A stretch of 64,000 bases of DNA from an uncultured delta proteobacterium (GCA_963755715.1 CAVWLW010000001.1:116040-180039); one strand, 5' to 3'. Counted from the first letter of the stretch, positions 29,574 through 40,359 are shown. The notes: a model not told the origin generated them from the sequence alone. Program-made: numbers and translations.

Positions 29574-30305
29574 ATGAGACTGCATATTCTCGGTTGCGGC
29601 GACGCCTTCGGCAGCGGCGGACGCAACCAAAGTGGCTACCTGATCGAGGCCGCTGACCGGTTGTTTCTCTTGGACTGCGGTCCAACTACGTTGCCGGCGA
29701 TGAAGCGCGCCGCCATCGAACCGCGCCGTCTGGATGCGATCCTGCTAAGCCATCTGCACGGCGATCACTTCGGCGGCGTGCCATTTTTTTTAATCGAATA
29801 TCTTTATCACAAACCACCGCACAGCCCACTAACGATCGCCGGTCCGCCCGGAACAGAAGAACGGGTCCGCCAACTGTTCGACCTGATGTACGGCGGCGCC
29901 AAGGAAACGCCGTTCCTCCGTTTCCAAGTTTTGACTCCCGAAAAACTGCAGAGCGTCAAGGACATCGAGGTTTTTCCATTTCGCGTGCCGCATCAAATGA
30001 ATGACATTTCACTCGGGCTGAAGGTCGCTTACCAAGGCAAGCAGATCCTTTTTTCCGGCGATTCGGCATGGACCGATTTGTTCATCGAGCACGCACGCGA
30101 CACCGATCTGTTTCTGTGCGAGTGTTCTTTTTATCACGAGGAGCCGGGCATGCACGTGAATTACCAGATCCTGCGGTCAAACCTGGCGCGCTTGGCATGC
30201 AAGAAGCTTGTGCTCACCCATCTCGGCGAGGACATGCTCGCGCGCGCCGAGAATTTGGACGCAAGGCTGACCGTGGCAAAAGATGGAATGGTGATCGAGG
30301 TCTAA
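29574..30305 (+). CDS. MBL-fold metallohydrolase (RNase Z-like)
   Basis: LGCGDAFGSGGR, SHLHGDHFGG, FSGDS, LTHLG. Confidence 0.9.
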   Translation: MRLHILGCGDAFGSGGRNQSGYLIEAADRLFLLDCGPTTLPAMKRAAIEPRRLDAILLSHLHGDHFGGVPFFLIEYLYHKPPHSPLTIAGPPGTEERVRQLFDLMYGGAKETPFLRFQVLTPEKLQSVKDIEVFPFRVPHQMNDISLGLKVAYQGKQILFSGDSAWTDLFIEHARDTDLFLCECSFYHEEPGMHVNYQILRSNLARLACKKLVLTHLGEDMLARAENLDARLTVAKDGMVIEV

Positions 30306-30310
30306 GGGAC

Positions 30311-31582
30311 TTAACTTGGATCGCCGCGCGACGATGGCGCCGCCTGAACCGGCAGGATCATGACCCGATGTCCGCTTTTGCTGAGAATCTCTTGAGCCGT
30401 TTCCTGCGCCGCGACTAATTCTCGGTAGGGACCCAGGCGCACCCGGTAGGCGGTTTCGCTGGGTTTGACTAGAGTCTGTTCGACAAAAGCGTCAAAGCCT
30501 TTTTCATTTATCTGCCGTAACAAGATCTCCGCCCGAGCTCTCTCGCGGAACGATCCCACCTGTAAGATGAAACCGTCGGTTGGTTGGGCCAGATCTTTTT
30601 CCGTTGACGGCGCGCCGAGCGCTGACAGACGATCGCCCCGGACGCCTACCTGCTGCTCGCTCGACGTTGCCTTGCCGGCGGGCAGCGATGGCGCTTTCAA
30701 GCTATCAAAATTATCGAAGCCGTACTCTAAAAGGTGCTTGGTGTCGCCCCACTGATCGCGCGCGCCTAGAATGGCGACGATCAATGTCGTGCCATTCCGT
30801 TGCACGGCGCCGACGAAGCATTTTTGTGCGGCGTGGGTATAGCCGGTTTTGCCGCCGAGGGCGCCGTCAAAATTCCACAACAAGCGATTATGGTTGCGCA
30901 CGGAAATCCTCCGCGGCACGACTTTCTTGCGCACCACGGCCGTGGTGCTAACGGAGCTGAACTTAGTTTGGACGATCTCGCGAAAAGTCGCGTTTTTCAT
31001 CGCGTAGCGAAATATGATGGCCAGATCTTTCGCGCTCGAATAGTGATCCGCCGCCGTGAGGCCGTGGGGATTGGTAAAATTGCTGTTGGTGGCGCCGATG
31101 TCGTGCGCTTTCTTGGTCATCAGCTCGGCAAATCGCTCCACAGAGCCGGCAATGCCTTCAGCCAAGACCATGCTGGCATCATTGGCCGATGCCAGCATAA
31201 TTCCATAAAGCAATTCTTGAATGCTTAAGGATTGACCGGGCTGCAAATAAAGCTTTGACGCGGGAACGCGGGTCGCTTCTTTGGAAACCGGCAAGGTTTC
31301 TTGGAAACTTCGACCGCTTTCCAAGGTCAGGATCGCCGTCATAACTTTAGTTGTACTCGCCGGCGGTAGGCGAAGATCGGGCTCTTTTTGATAGAGGATT
31401 TTACCCGTGGCCGCGTCCATCAAGACCGCGGCGCGGGCTGTTAGATCTTCATCGGGGGCAAAAGCCCAAGTTGAATCGACAGGCGTGGTAAAAAAGAGAA
31501 TGGTGAGAACCAAACCAAACGAAATCGAATCCGGAAAACCCAGCCGAATTGCCAGTCTCTGTAACATTCTAAATAAAGTCAC
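30311..31582 (-). CDS. D-alanyl-D-alanine carboxypeptidase (S11) with C-terminal SPOR domain
   Basis: PASTTK, SAN, NPHGL, GKTGYT; LQVGSF...YRVRLGP SPOR. Confidence 0.92.
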   Translation of the reverse strand: MTLFRMLQRLAIRLGFPDSISFGLVLTILFFTTPVDSTWAFAPDEDLTARAAVLMDAATGKILYQKEPDLRLPPASTTKVMTAILTLESGRSFQETLPVSKEATRVPASKLYLQPGQSLSIQELLYGIMLASANDASMVLAEGIAGSVERFAELMTKKAHDIGATNSNFTNPHGLTAADHYSSAKDLAIIFRYAMKNATFREIVQTKFSSVSTTAVVRKKVVPRRISVRNHNRLLWNFDGALGGKTGYTHAAQKCFVGAVQRNGTTLIVAILGARDQWGDTKHLLEYGFDNFDSLKAPSLPAGKATSSEQQVGVRGDRLSALGAPSTEKDLAQPTDGFILQVGSFRERARAEILLRQINEKGFDAFVEQTLVKPSETAYRVRLGPYRELVAAQETAQEILSKSGHRVMILPVQAAPSSRGDPS

Positions 31583-31802
31583 CCAACGTCAAATTTAGAA
31601 AAATAAAATTGCTGGAATTCTAACACGCTTTTATATTTAAGAATAGTATTACTTGATTTAATTCGCTTTGAGCGGCCCATTTTGCGTTCAAGTGTGGGGG
31701 AACTTCGTGCCGAAAGTAAACCACTCTCGATTATCCAATGAGAAGGCCGACAGGCGACATCGGGTGGAGTAAAGTGGCTAACGACTTTTCCCAACCAGTC
31801 CG

Positions 31803-31982
31803 CTATTTCTTTGTCGGAGTCACGCCTTGGCGCGAAAGCTCACGGTCGGCGCCGGCACTGGTGCGCGCCTGTTCACCCAGCGCTTCGCGGCGGATTCGGT
31901 CTTGGCAAACTTCACAGATGCCGCCTTTCAAATTCTCACTCTCCTTAGCGCACACCATGCATCTTTTTTTCGTTTCAGTCAT
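31803..31982 (-). CDS. 59-aa CxxC...CxxC micro-protein (absent from ORF track)
   Basis: MTETKKRCMVCAKESENLKGGICEVCQDRIRREALGEQARTSAGADRELSRQGVTPTKK*, GGAAAGG RBS upstream. Confidence 0.75.
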   Translation of the reverse strand: MTETKKRCMVCAKESENLKGGICEVCQDRIRREALGEQARTSAGADRELSRQGVTPTKK

Positions 31983-32015
31983 AAGCGTTGCCTTTCCGCA
32001 CTTGCTCCGTTCGCC

Positions 32016-32549
32016 TCAATCGACCAGCTTAATCTGCTTGGGATGTTCGAGGATCACCTCCAGGCCATATTGCGGGTGATCTTTAATAAATCCGGTCAAT
32101 TCCACTTCGCGGTTTTCAAAATTCTTTGGCTGCTGCTTACTTTTTTCGAAAAGCTCGGTGACGGAGCCAAAAATCACCGCCGTCAGGGCTTCGCGTGAAG
32201 GTCCGAAATTAAGAAAATAGGTGTTGCTCTTGGCCGAATGGCCGACGCGAAATACTCGGCCGCGGATGCGTGCTTGTCGGCCCGTCAAGCCGCGAATTTT
32301 TTCCACCTCGCGCGCCGCGAGCAGCGGCAAGTCGGCGAGAGTGTCCTCGGGGACGGCAGCGAAGGGAACAAAGCTCACTCGATGGATGGCCGACGCGCCG
32401 TCGTTCGTCGGAGCGGAAATGTCCGCATTCGTTATCGATTGCTGTATTTCGGAGGCCGGGTTCCAACGTTGATAGAGCACGTGGGTCAAAAAGCCGGCAA
32501 AAAATGCCAGCAGGACGACGCCAGCGCTAGCGGAAGTGGATCGTTTCAC
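32016..32549 (-). CDS. membrane-anchored OB-fold protein
   Basis: N-terminal TM; IRGRV...YFLNFG...LTAVIF...VELTG.I...LEVILEHPKQI OB-fold pattern. Confidence 0.7.
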   Translation of the reverse strand: MKRSTSASAGVVLLAFFAGFLTHVLYQRWNPASEIQQSITNADISAPTNDGASAIHRVSFVPFAAVPEDTLADLPLLAAREVEKIRGLTGRQARIRGRVFRVGHSAKSNTYFLNFGPSREALTAVIFGSVTELFEKSKQQPKNFENREVELTGFIKDHPQYGLEVILEHPKQIKLVD

Positions 32550-33088
32550 GGCTTCCGCTCCCAGAGCTGCACGAACGCCTTGCGATATTCCTCGGCGAGC
32601 GGACCGGCGTCGCGAAAGAGCAGCAGATTTTCATCGTTGGAACTTTCCGCGGCGTAAGTCCAATTATAGGAGCCGGCAAAGACGATCTTTCGGTCGATGA
32701 CGGCGAATTTCTGGTGCATCAGACCCGCGTCTTTTTCTCGGTTATTGGCTTTGTTGCCGGAGATTCGCCGCAGCGGGATTTTCTGCGCATCGAGAAACTT
32801 GCCTTTGGATTTTTCATTGGCGAGATCGAATTCCCGATCGATCACGACTTGGACGCCGACCCCGCGCTTTTTTGCCTGCACCAGGGCGCTTGCCAAATCA
32901 TCGCTGGTAAAAGCGTAGACCGCGACCAGCAATTCTTTCTTGGCGGCTTCGATTTCGCGCAGAATATGCGCCGCACATTTACCCTGCGGACTGAAGCAGG
33001 CTTGTACGACCATGTCGGCGCCGGCCGTGTGATCAAAGAGCACCGCGCCGTAAAGCCAAAGCGCCACCGCGAAGATCGTTTTTTTCAT
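32546..33088 (-). CDS. exported single-domain phospholipase D-family protein (Nuc/MitoPLD-like nuclease)
   Basis: signal peptide; FSP, YAFT, MHQKFAVID...GSYNWT..A...NDEN. Confidence 0.88.
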   Translation of the reverse strand: MKKTIFAVALWLYGAVLFDHTAGADMVVQACFSPQGKCAAHILREIEAAKKELLVAVYAFTSDDLASALVQAKKRGVGVQVVIDREFDLANEKSKGKFLDAQKIPLRRISGNKANNREKDAGLMHQKFAVIDRKIVFAGSYNWTYAAESSNDENLLLFRDAGPLAEEYRKAFVQLWERKP

Positions 33089-34440
33089 GTCCCGGTCGGC
33101 GCTTGGTTTCGCTCGCCGGCTTTGCGTGCCCGCAGGCACATGCCGAGGATCAATCGCTCGAGCACCAGCCGCGGCTGATTGCCGCTCGATTTGAGCCGGT
33201 AGTCCGCGGCAAACAATTGTTCCATGTGAGAACGCAACTCGCCGAGCGAGAACCGCTCCGCCCGCTGAAAACACATGTAATCCGCGTAGGGGTTACGGGT
33301 GATGAGGGGAGAGCCCTGTTTTAACACCGTTTGCTGAAACTGCTGATAGCTCATGCCGCGCTTCCAAAGCTTCGTCAGCTCCGTCGTCTGAAGTTGGCGC
33401 GCTGCCAGCAAGCGCCGCGTTTCGCTTGCGATCGTGCCCAAAATTTTCAGCGCCGGTTCTCCCTGAGCCAGCAAACGCGCCAGCTGCGAAAGCGCCGTCG
33501 CCGCATTGCGCTCGCCGAGGGCGCGGGTGAGATCAAAAATCCACCCTTCACCGTGATCCGCGACGACCGCCTCTACGTCCTCGACTCGAATCGTCGGTCG
33601 CTCGCCGACAAACAGCAACAGTTTCTCGATCTCCTGGCGCAGCTCACGCAGGTCTTCGCCGGCCCTCGCAAGAATCGTTTCGCGCGCTTGAGGATCGAGC
33701 GCTTTGTCCGCCTGGGCGATGCGTTGGCCGACAAAGTCTATCAAACTCTCGCGGCTCACTTTGCCGGTGCGGTCGCGCTCGAGACCGAGAAAAAGCACCG
33801 CGCCAAGCTCTTCGAAACGCTTATAGAGCCGGGTGCGCCGATCGACCTGCACCGCCGTGAGCAATAAAAAACTCCACTCGGGCGGTGCCTCATCCAAAAG
33901 CGCCCCGAGTCTGTGGTCTTCGGCGCTTTTGCGCTTGGTCAAATCATAGTCGCAGGATTTGCAGTACGCTACCAAGGCTCCGACGGCTTCGCTGCCGTCG
34001 TCGGCGTCGAACAAATCCAAAAGCGGCTTGGGCGACTCCAGGCGCGCCCATTGCTCTTGAGTCCAGCCCTCGATAGTCAATAGGTCGATCAGTAGCTTGG
34101 CGGCCCCATCTCTCTTGCCATCGCGCCAGAGTTCGAGAATTTTTTCGCTGAGCTCGCCCTTTTGCTCCCGCGAAAAAAAATAGGGCGCGTTTTCGATCCA
34201 CAGGAGCTTCTTTCCCGGAAAAAACGGCGGCGTCATCAGCGAAGCTTCGATTTGTTCCCAACTCGCCGTGCGGCCGTCGAAGCGCTCGAGGTTAAATCCC
34301 CTCTGTTCTACCGGGACCAGTTGATCGAGAATTGCTTTGCAGGTCTCTTCGACTTGCAGATCATCGCCGAAAACAAGCAAGAGCCGCGGCGCTTTATCGG
34401 TCCGCAAATTCGCAAGGAAGGTTTTTAAGTCGGGTTTCAC
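33085..34440 (-). CDS. holA: DNA polymerase III subunit delta (long form)
   Basis: LLVFGDD, FNLERFDG, PFF..KK, DRRTRLYK, EIEKL..F, IFDL..A, ADYRLKSS. Confidence 0.85.
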   Translation of the reverse strand: MKPDLKTFLANLRTDKAPRLLLVFGDDLQVEETCKAILDQLVPVEQRGFNLERFDGRTASWEQIEASLMTPPFFPGKKLLWIENAPYFFSREQKGELSEKILELWRDGKRDGAAKLLIDLLTIEGWTQEQWARLESPKPLLDLFDADDGSEAVGALVAYCKSCDYDLTKRKSAEDHRLGALLDEAPPEWSFLLLTAVQVDRRTRLYKRFEELGAVLFLGLERDRTGKVSRESLIDFVGQRIAQADKALDPQARETILARAGEDLRELRQEIEKLLLFVGERPTIRVEDVEAVVADHGEGWIFDLTRALGERNAATALSQLARLLAQGEPALKILGTIASETRRLLAARQLQTTELTKLWKRGMSYQQFQQTVLKQGSPLITRNPYADYMCFQRAERFSLGELRSHMEQLFAADYRLKSSGNQPRLVLERLILGMCLRARKAGERNQAPTGT

Positions 34441-34519
34441 GATCGGTAGAAAACTTGCCAGCGCGTCATTCCGTTTTTATCGAGGAAACGCTCATGGCAG
34501 AACGGCCCGAAAGAACGCG

Positions 34520-34759
34520 TCATGATTGATATTTCGCTACCCACATTTGATTTTTTTCGTTCCAGGCATAGTCCGATCTCCAAACCTTCAACCCGATGGT
34601 ATACTTGCCGCCGGACTTAGTAACAAAGATCCTCTCGTTCGAATGAGGAATCTCGGTGCGGGCAATGATCATGACTTTTTTCGAGATTCCCTTGTTGATG
34701 AGAATCCGATCGCCCTCGCGCATGGTCACGCGATTTTCCCTTTTCCGCTTTGGGTTCAT
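34520..34759 (-). CDS. small basic hypothetical protein
   Basis: 79 aa ORF with ATG, same strand as holA. Confidence 0.55.
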   Translation of the reverse strand: MNPKRKRENRVTMREGDRILINKGISKKVMIIARTEIPHSNERIFVTKSGGKYTIGLKVWRSDYAWNEKNQMWVAKYQS

Positions 34760-34936
34760 GCGCCAAAACTACCACTGCCGAATTCATCAGGCAAATAACT
34801 TTCCTCGTGCTCGAATGGCGCGACATCGCCGTGCACTAGCTTTGGCTACTCCGATCGCCAAAGCACCCGCTCAGCTTGACATTCCGTCGTACCTCCGATA
34901 GCTCTCCGTAAAATCCCCGGTCGCCGGCGATCCGCG

Positions 34937-35932
34937 ATGAATATCGATGTCCATGCTCACTATGTGCCGTCGGACAGCTTGAAGATGGCCGCCGAAATCG
35001 GCGCGCGCCATGGTCTGAAGCTTTCCAAGAACGAGCGCGGCCGTGATGTGCTGACCCGTGACGGCAAAGCCTTCTTGAGCCAACTCAAAGCCGAGTTTTC
35101 CGATCTCGATCTGCGGCTTTCGATTATGGATCAACAAGGCGTGGACATGCAGGTTTTGTCGCCCGCCGGTTCATATTTTTTCTACTGGATGGCGGCCGCC
35201 GAGTCACTCGAATATGCCCGTTGGTTCAATGACCGCTCCGCCGAGGCCGTCGCCAAACATCCGCGCCGCTTTGTGGCTCTGGCCTCGGTGCCGCTGCAAG
35301 ACAGCGCGCGCGCCGCGGCGGAGTTGGAACGGGCGATGACCCAACTGGGACTGCGCGGCGCTGAGATCGCTTCGAACATCAATGGCCGTTATCTCGACGA
35401 TCCCGCCTTCGATCCATTCTGGGAAGCGGCGCAAGCGCTTGACGCCGTGCTTTTTGTCCATCCGAACCAGGTGGTCGGGGCCGAGCGCATGAGGGATTAC
35501 AATCTGGCCAATCTGATCGGCAATCCGACCGACACCTCGTTGGCCTTTGCCAAGTTGATCTTCGGCGGTGTCTTGGAGCGCTTTCCCCGCCTCAAGTTTT
35601 TGCTGGCCCACGGCGGCGGGTTTTTGCCTTATACCTGGGGCCGGCTTGACCGCGGCTATCGCATTCAGAACTCGTCGAGCGCGAGAATTTCCAAACCGCC
35701 GTCGGAGTATGTTAAGTTACTGTACTTCGACACAATCACGCATAGCCCGATGGCTCTGGAATATTTGATCACGAACTTCGGCGCCGAGCATGTGCTGCTC
35801 GGCAGCGACTACCCCTATGACATGGGCGATCCCGAGCCGGTCGGATCGCTGGCCGCGGCGAGAATCGAGCGCGCGCAAATAACCGAAGTGGCCGGCGCCA
35901 ACGCTTGTCAACTTTTCCGCATCGGTATTTAA
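34937..35932 (+). CDS. amidohydrolase family protein (ACMSD-like decarboxylase/hydratase)
   Basis: IDVHAH, LFVHP, LAHGGG, LLGSDYPYD. Confidence 0.9.
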   Translation: MNIDVHAHYVPSDSLKMAAEIGARHGLKLSKNERGRDVLTRDGKAFLSQLKAEFSDLDLRLSIMDQQGVDMQVLSPAGSYFFYWMAAAESLEYARWFNDRSAEAVAKHPRRFVALASVPLQDSARAAAELERAMTQLGLRGAEIASNINGRYLDDPAFDPFWEAAQALDAVLFVHPNQVVGAERMRDYNLANLIGNPTDTSLAFAKLIFGGVLERFPRLKFLLAHGGGFLPYTWGRLDRGYRIQNSSSARISKPPSEYVKLLYFDTITHSPMALEYLITNFGAEHVLLGSDYPYDMGDPEPVGSLAAARIERAQITEVAGANACQLFRIGI

Positions 35933-35959
35933 GCAAAACTCTTCTACCCGGAGGCACGC

Positions 35960-36904
35960 ATGCGATTTGTCACCTTCTCGCGCAAGAACCAACAGCGACT
36001 CGGACTGATGGGCCCGCAAGAGCAGATCATCGATCTTGCCGAGGTCAACCGGCGTTACCTAAAGGGCGGCAATGCGCCTTTTCTCGCCAGCATGCAGGCA
36101 TTTATCGAAGCCGGCGCCAAAGCGGTGCAAGTCGCGCGTAAAGCCGAAAAGTACGTCGCTGGCAAGAACAGCGACGAGCAGAAAAAACTCGTCGGTGTCG
36201 GCGCGCTGGTGAAGCCGACCCAAGCAAAGATCATCGCGCCAATTCCTCAGCCTAAGAAAAATTGCGTCATGCTCGGGATCAACTATAAAGAGCACGTCGA
36301 TGAAGGCGCGCGCGCGCGTTCACTGGAAATCAAATATCCCGAGTGGCCGGTTTTTTTCACCAAGCCGGCGACCTCCGTAATCGGCCAGCAGGGCAAAGTG
36401 ATCAATCATAAATGCACGACCAAACTCGACTGGGAGGTCGAGCTGGCCGTCGTGATGGGCCGAAGAGGCCGCGATATAGCGAAAGACAAAGCCTACGATT
36501 ACGTATTCGGTTATACGGTCTGTCTCGACATGACCGCGCGCGAGCTACAACGTCAGCACGGCCAGTGGTTCAAGGGAAAATCGCTCGACACTTTCTGTCC
36601 TCTCGGTCCCTGGATCGTGCACAAGAGTGCTCTGCCCGACCCGCAGCAAGTCCGTCTCATCTGCCGCGTGAACGGCGAAGTCATGCAAGATGGCAACACG
36701 CGTGACATGATTTTTGATATTCCGACGATCATCGAGAGCTTGTCCTCGGGCATGACGCTCGAGCCCGGCGATATCATCAGCACCGGCACGCCCTCGGGCG
36801 TTGGTTTTGCGCGGGTGCCGCCGGTATTTCTCAAACCCGGCGATAAAGTCGAGGGCGACGTCGAAGGCATCGGCAACTTGCAAGTGGAAATCGTCGCTCC
36901 ATAG
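35960..36904 (+). CDS. fumarylacetoacetate hydrolase family protein
   Basis: GINYKEH, DWEVEL, D.TAR, KGKS.DTFCPLGP, GDIISTGTPSGVG. Confidence 0.93.
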   Translation: MRFVTFSRKNQQRLGLMGPQEQIIDLAEVNRRYLKGGNAPFLASMQAFIEAGAKAVQVARKAEKYVAGKNSDEQKKLVGVGALVKPTQAKIIAPIPQPKKNCVMLGINYKEHVDEGARARSLEIKYPEWPVFFTKPATSVIGQQGKVINHKCTTKLDWEVELAVVMGRRGRDIAKDKAYDYVFGYTVCLDMTARELQRQHGQWFKGKSLDTFCPLGPWIVHKSALPDPQQVRLICRVNGEVMQDGNTRDMIFDIPTIIESLSSGMTLEPGDIISTGTPSGVGFARVPPVFLKPGDKVEGDVEGIGNLQVEIVAP

Positions 36905-36923
36905 CCAAAAAATCGGGTGTCCT

Positions 36924-37769
36924 ATGACCTCGATCAGGCCCGCCGCCGTGGCCGGATCGTTCTATCCTGCCGGCGCTGACGAACTGAGCGCGTTGCTCGG
37001 TGACTGCTTCAACAAAAGTCCTCTGGGACCGCGCGGTGCTAAGGAGCCCGAAGCGTCGATTATCGCCGGCTTGGTTCCCCACGCCGGCCCAATCTACTCA
37101 GGTCCTTGCGCGGCGCATTTGTACAGTTGCCTCCCTTCTTCCGTGCAGCGGATTATTTTGCTCGGCGTCAACCATCACGCGCGCGGCCACAAAGCGGCGC
37201 TGAGCCCTTGGTCACGCTGGCAAAGCCCGGCCAACGAGACTGTCGTCGACGATCGACTAGGCGATGATCTGCTCGCACGAGTGAAATTCCTGGCGCGCGA
37301 CGCGGATGCTCACGCAGAAGAGCACAGCATCGAAATACAATTGCCGTTTCTCCATCGCGTGCTTGGAAAATTCGAGCTCGTGCCAATTTCGCTCTCGTAT
37401 TTATCCATCGACGAATGCGCCGAGTTGGGCGGCGCGATTGCAGCAGCCTGCAAAGCTCAGGCGCCGGCAAATATTAAAACCACTATCTTGGCCAGCAGCG
37501 ATCTGAGCCACTATCTTTCCCCAAGTAAAACCGACGAGCTCGATCGCTTGGCCCTGGATCAGGTTCTGCAAATGAACCCCGAAGGTCTGATGCGCGTCGT
37601 CGAAGACAACGACATTACCATGTGCGGCGTCCTGCCGACGGCGGTGATGCTTTTTGCCGCCCGTGGCCTCGGCGCCACTCAGGCGCGGTTGTTAAAACAT
37701 TGCCACTCGGGCGAAGTAACGCCAATGCGCAAAGTCGTCGGCTATGCCAGCGTGGCGATAAATCTTTGA
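36924..37769 (+). CDS. amrB: MEMO1 family protein (AmmeMemoRadiSam protein B)
   Basis: IRPAAVAGSFYP, PHAG..YSG, EHSIEIQLPFL, ASSDLSHY, TMCG, VVGYA. Confidence 0.92.
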   Translation: MTSIRPAAVAGSFYPAGADELSALLGDCFNKSPLGPRGAKEPEASIIAGLVPHAGPIYSGPCAAHLYSCLPSSVQRIILLGVNHHARGHKAALSPWSRWQSPANETVVDDRLGDDLLARVKFLARDADAHAEEHSIEIQLPFLHRVLGKFELVPISLSYLSIDECAELGGAIAAACKAQAPANIKTTILASSDLSHYLSPSKTDELDRLALDQVLQMNPEGLMRVVEDNDITMCGVLPTAVMLFAARGLGATQARLLKHCHSGEVTPMRKVVGYASVAINL

Positions 37770-37890
37770 CCGACTCGTGGACCGCTCTCCCATAAAGTCA
37801 GCCGCGCGACGAATTCGGCTTTTCCGAGGCGTAAAAGCTCGCGTGCAATTTGACTTGCCAGAATCGCTCTGTTAAGGGTGCTTTCGATGC

Positions 37891-37980
37891 TAGGGGTGTC
37901 TGTCGTAGGCAGACTGAGAGCCTGACAAATCGCAGGTAACCCTTCGAACCTGATCCGGGTCGCACCGGCGTAGGGAAGCG
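37891..37980 (+). ncRNA. TPP riboswitch
   Basis: GGGGTG...CTGAGA...ACCC..GAACCTGATCCGGGT...ACCGGCGTAGGGAAG upstream of thiS. Confidence 0.93.
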
Positions 37981-38082
37981 TGAAAGTCAAAGTCCGGCGG
38001 TTTTACTACGGCCTGGACAAACTTAAACCGTATTCCCTGACCACTCACGCGTGGTCGCTGCGAATACGGTTTTTTTATTGAC

Positions 38083-38283
38083 GTGAAAATCAAAATCAAC
38101 GGCGAAGAAAAAGAGATCGAGGACGGCCTAAGTATCGCGGGCCTGCTGGAAGAGCTGCAAATTCGCCCGGCTCGAGTCGTCGTGGAACACAATCGCCACA
38201 TCGTTGCGCGTGACGCTTATGGCGCAACCCTGCTGGCGGAAGGCGATGCATTGGAAGTCGTCCACTTCGTCGGCGGAGGATAG
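38083..38283 (+). CDS. thiS: sulfur carrier protein ThiS
   Basis: 66 aa, IKINGE, ends EVVHFVGGG. Confidence 0.95.
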   Translation: MKIKINGEEKEIEDGLSIAGLLEELQIRPARVVVEHNRHIVARDAYGATLLAEGDALEVVHFVGGG

Positions 38284-38286
38284 ATC

Positions 38287-39060
38287 ATGGAAGACTGGCT
38301 CGAAATCGCGGGCAATAAGTATCGCTCTCGGCTGATCGTCGGCACCGGCAAATACAAGGATTTCGCGGAGACCAAGCGGGCCATCGAAGTCTCCGGCGCG
38401 GAAATCGTCACCGTGGCCGTGCGCCGCGTCAACATCACGGATCCGAACAAAGAAAATTTGCTCGATTATCTCGATCCGAAAAAATACACGATCCTGCCGA
38501 ACACGGCCGGTTGCTACAATGCCGACGACGCGGTGCGAACTTGCCGTCTGGCGCGCGAAGCCGGCGTGGGAAAATTGGTCAAGCTGGAAGTCATCGGCGA
38601 CGATAAGACTCTCTTCCCCGATGTGCCGGCGACGCTTGAAGCCGCGAAAATACTGGTCAAAGAAGGTTTCGACGTTCTGCCTTACATCACCGACGATCCG
38701 ATTACCGCAAAAAAGCTGCAAGACATCGGTTGCGCCGCGGTCATGCCATTGGCCGCGCCTATCGGCTCGGGGCTGGGCATTCGTAACCCCTATAATATTC
38801 GTATCATCCTCGAATATGCCACGGTTCCGGTGATCGTCGACGCCGGCGTCGGCACGGCATCCGATGCCGCGATGGCGATGGAGATGGGCTGCCACGGCGT
38901 GCTCATGAACACAGCGATCGCCGGCGCCAAGGATCCGATCCTCATGGCCGAAGCCATGCGCCAAGGAGTCGAAGCCGGCCGCAAGGCTTTCCTCGCCGGA
39001 AGAATTCCCAAAAAGCTCTACGCCACCGCCTCCAGCCCGCTGGATGGAATGCTGAATTGA
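38287..39060 (+). CDS. thiG: thiazole synthase
   Basis: [47 protein letters not shown]. Confidence 0.97.
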   Translation: MEDWLEIAGNKYRSRLIVGTGKYKDFAETKRAIEVSGAEIVTVAVRRVNITDPNKENLLDYLDPKKYTILPNTAGCYNADDAVRTCRLAREAGVGKLVKLEVIGDDKTLFPDVPATLEAAKILVKEGFDVLPYITDDPITAKKLQDIGCAAVMPLAAPIGSGLGIRNPYNIRIILEYATVPVIVDAGVGTASDAAMAMEMGCHGVLMNTAIAGAKDPILMAEAMRQGVEAGRKAFLAGRIPKKLYATASSPLDGMLN

Positions 39061-39069
39061 TCAGCGCAA

Positions 39070-39697
39070 GTGGCGACACCCAATTTTGATCTTTATCTCG
39101 TCACAGATCGGACCCAAACACGGGGACGAGATCTGCTCTCGGTGCTGGAGCAAGCGCTGGAGGGCGGCGTCCAAGCGATCCAGCTTCGGGAAAAGGATCT
39201 TGGCGGCAAAGCGCTGTTCGATCTCGCTGAGAAGACGCGCGAGCTGTGCGACCGCTACGATGCGCTGCTGCTGATCAACGATCGCATCGACGTCGCCCTT
39301 GCCGTCGACGCCGCGGGCGTGCAATTGAATAAAACCTCGCTTCCGATCAGCGCCGCCCGAACGCTTCTTGGCGCGCAAAAACTGATCGGCGCCTCGACCC
39401 ATTCACTCGATGAAGCCCGCCAGGCTCAAAGCAGCGGCGCCGATTTCGTCCTCTTCGGTCCGGTTTACTTCTACGCCGTCCAAAGCCAGTTTTGGCGCGC
39501 CCCAAGGTCTCGACGCGCTAAAGAAAATAGTGGCAAACTTGCGCGTGCCCGTCTATGCTATCGGCGGCATCAAGCCTGAGAATATCATTGATGTTCATAG
39601 TGTAGGCGTCCGCGGCGTTGCGCTCATCTCGGCGATTATCGGCGCGGACCGACCGAAAGAGGCTGCAACCACGATGGCGCAAATGCTACGGAGGTGA
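39070..39697 (+). CDS. thiE: thiamine phosphate synthase (ThiE/TenI family), frameshift near 39470
   Basis: LYLVTD, IQLREK, INDRIDVA, GASTHS, GPV; C-terminal YAIGGI in second frame. Confidence 0.88.
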
Positions 39698-39701
39698 GTG
39701 C

Positions 39702-40007
39702 TTGGGAGAGGCCCTCGAGAAAGTTGCGACCTATCTACAACCCAATCCGTTCTTGGCTTTGGGCATAGCCTTCGTTGCCGGGTTTGCAGCTATTAAAACC
39801 GTCGCTCACGACCGAAGGGCTGGCTTTGTCCTCTTCCTGCTCATCGGCGTGATTGGTTTATTCCTGGGCGAGTTCGTGTTAATTTACTTCCAGCTTGACG
39901 AGTACTTGGAAACCATCAGCCAATTCCGGCTATTGTTTGATTTCATCGCTGCTTATATCGGCTCTTTCGTCGTCGCGGCGATCATCCACTTCATAAGACC
40001 CACCTGA
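39702..40007 (+). CDS. small three-TM membrane protein
   Basis: TTG start after GGAGGTGA; hydrophobic segments. Confidence 0.65.
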   Translation: MGEALEKVATYLQPNPFLALGIAFVAGFAAIKTVAHDRRAGFVLFLLIGVIGLFLGEFVLIYFQLDEYLETISQFRLLFDFIAAYIGSFVVAAIIHFIRPT

Positions 40008-40343
<336 letters not shown>

Positions 40344-40359
40344 AAATGGAGATTGCGCG

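Noticed and set aside
36924-37769. Complete AmmeMemoRadiSam system
   Set aside because: Only the MEMO (B) gene is present; no AMMECR1 or radical SAM partner in the window.
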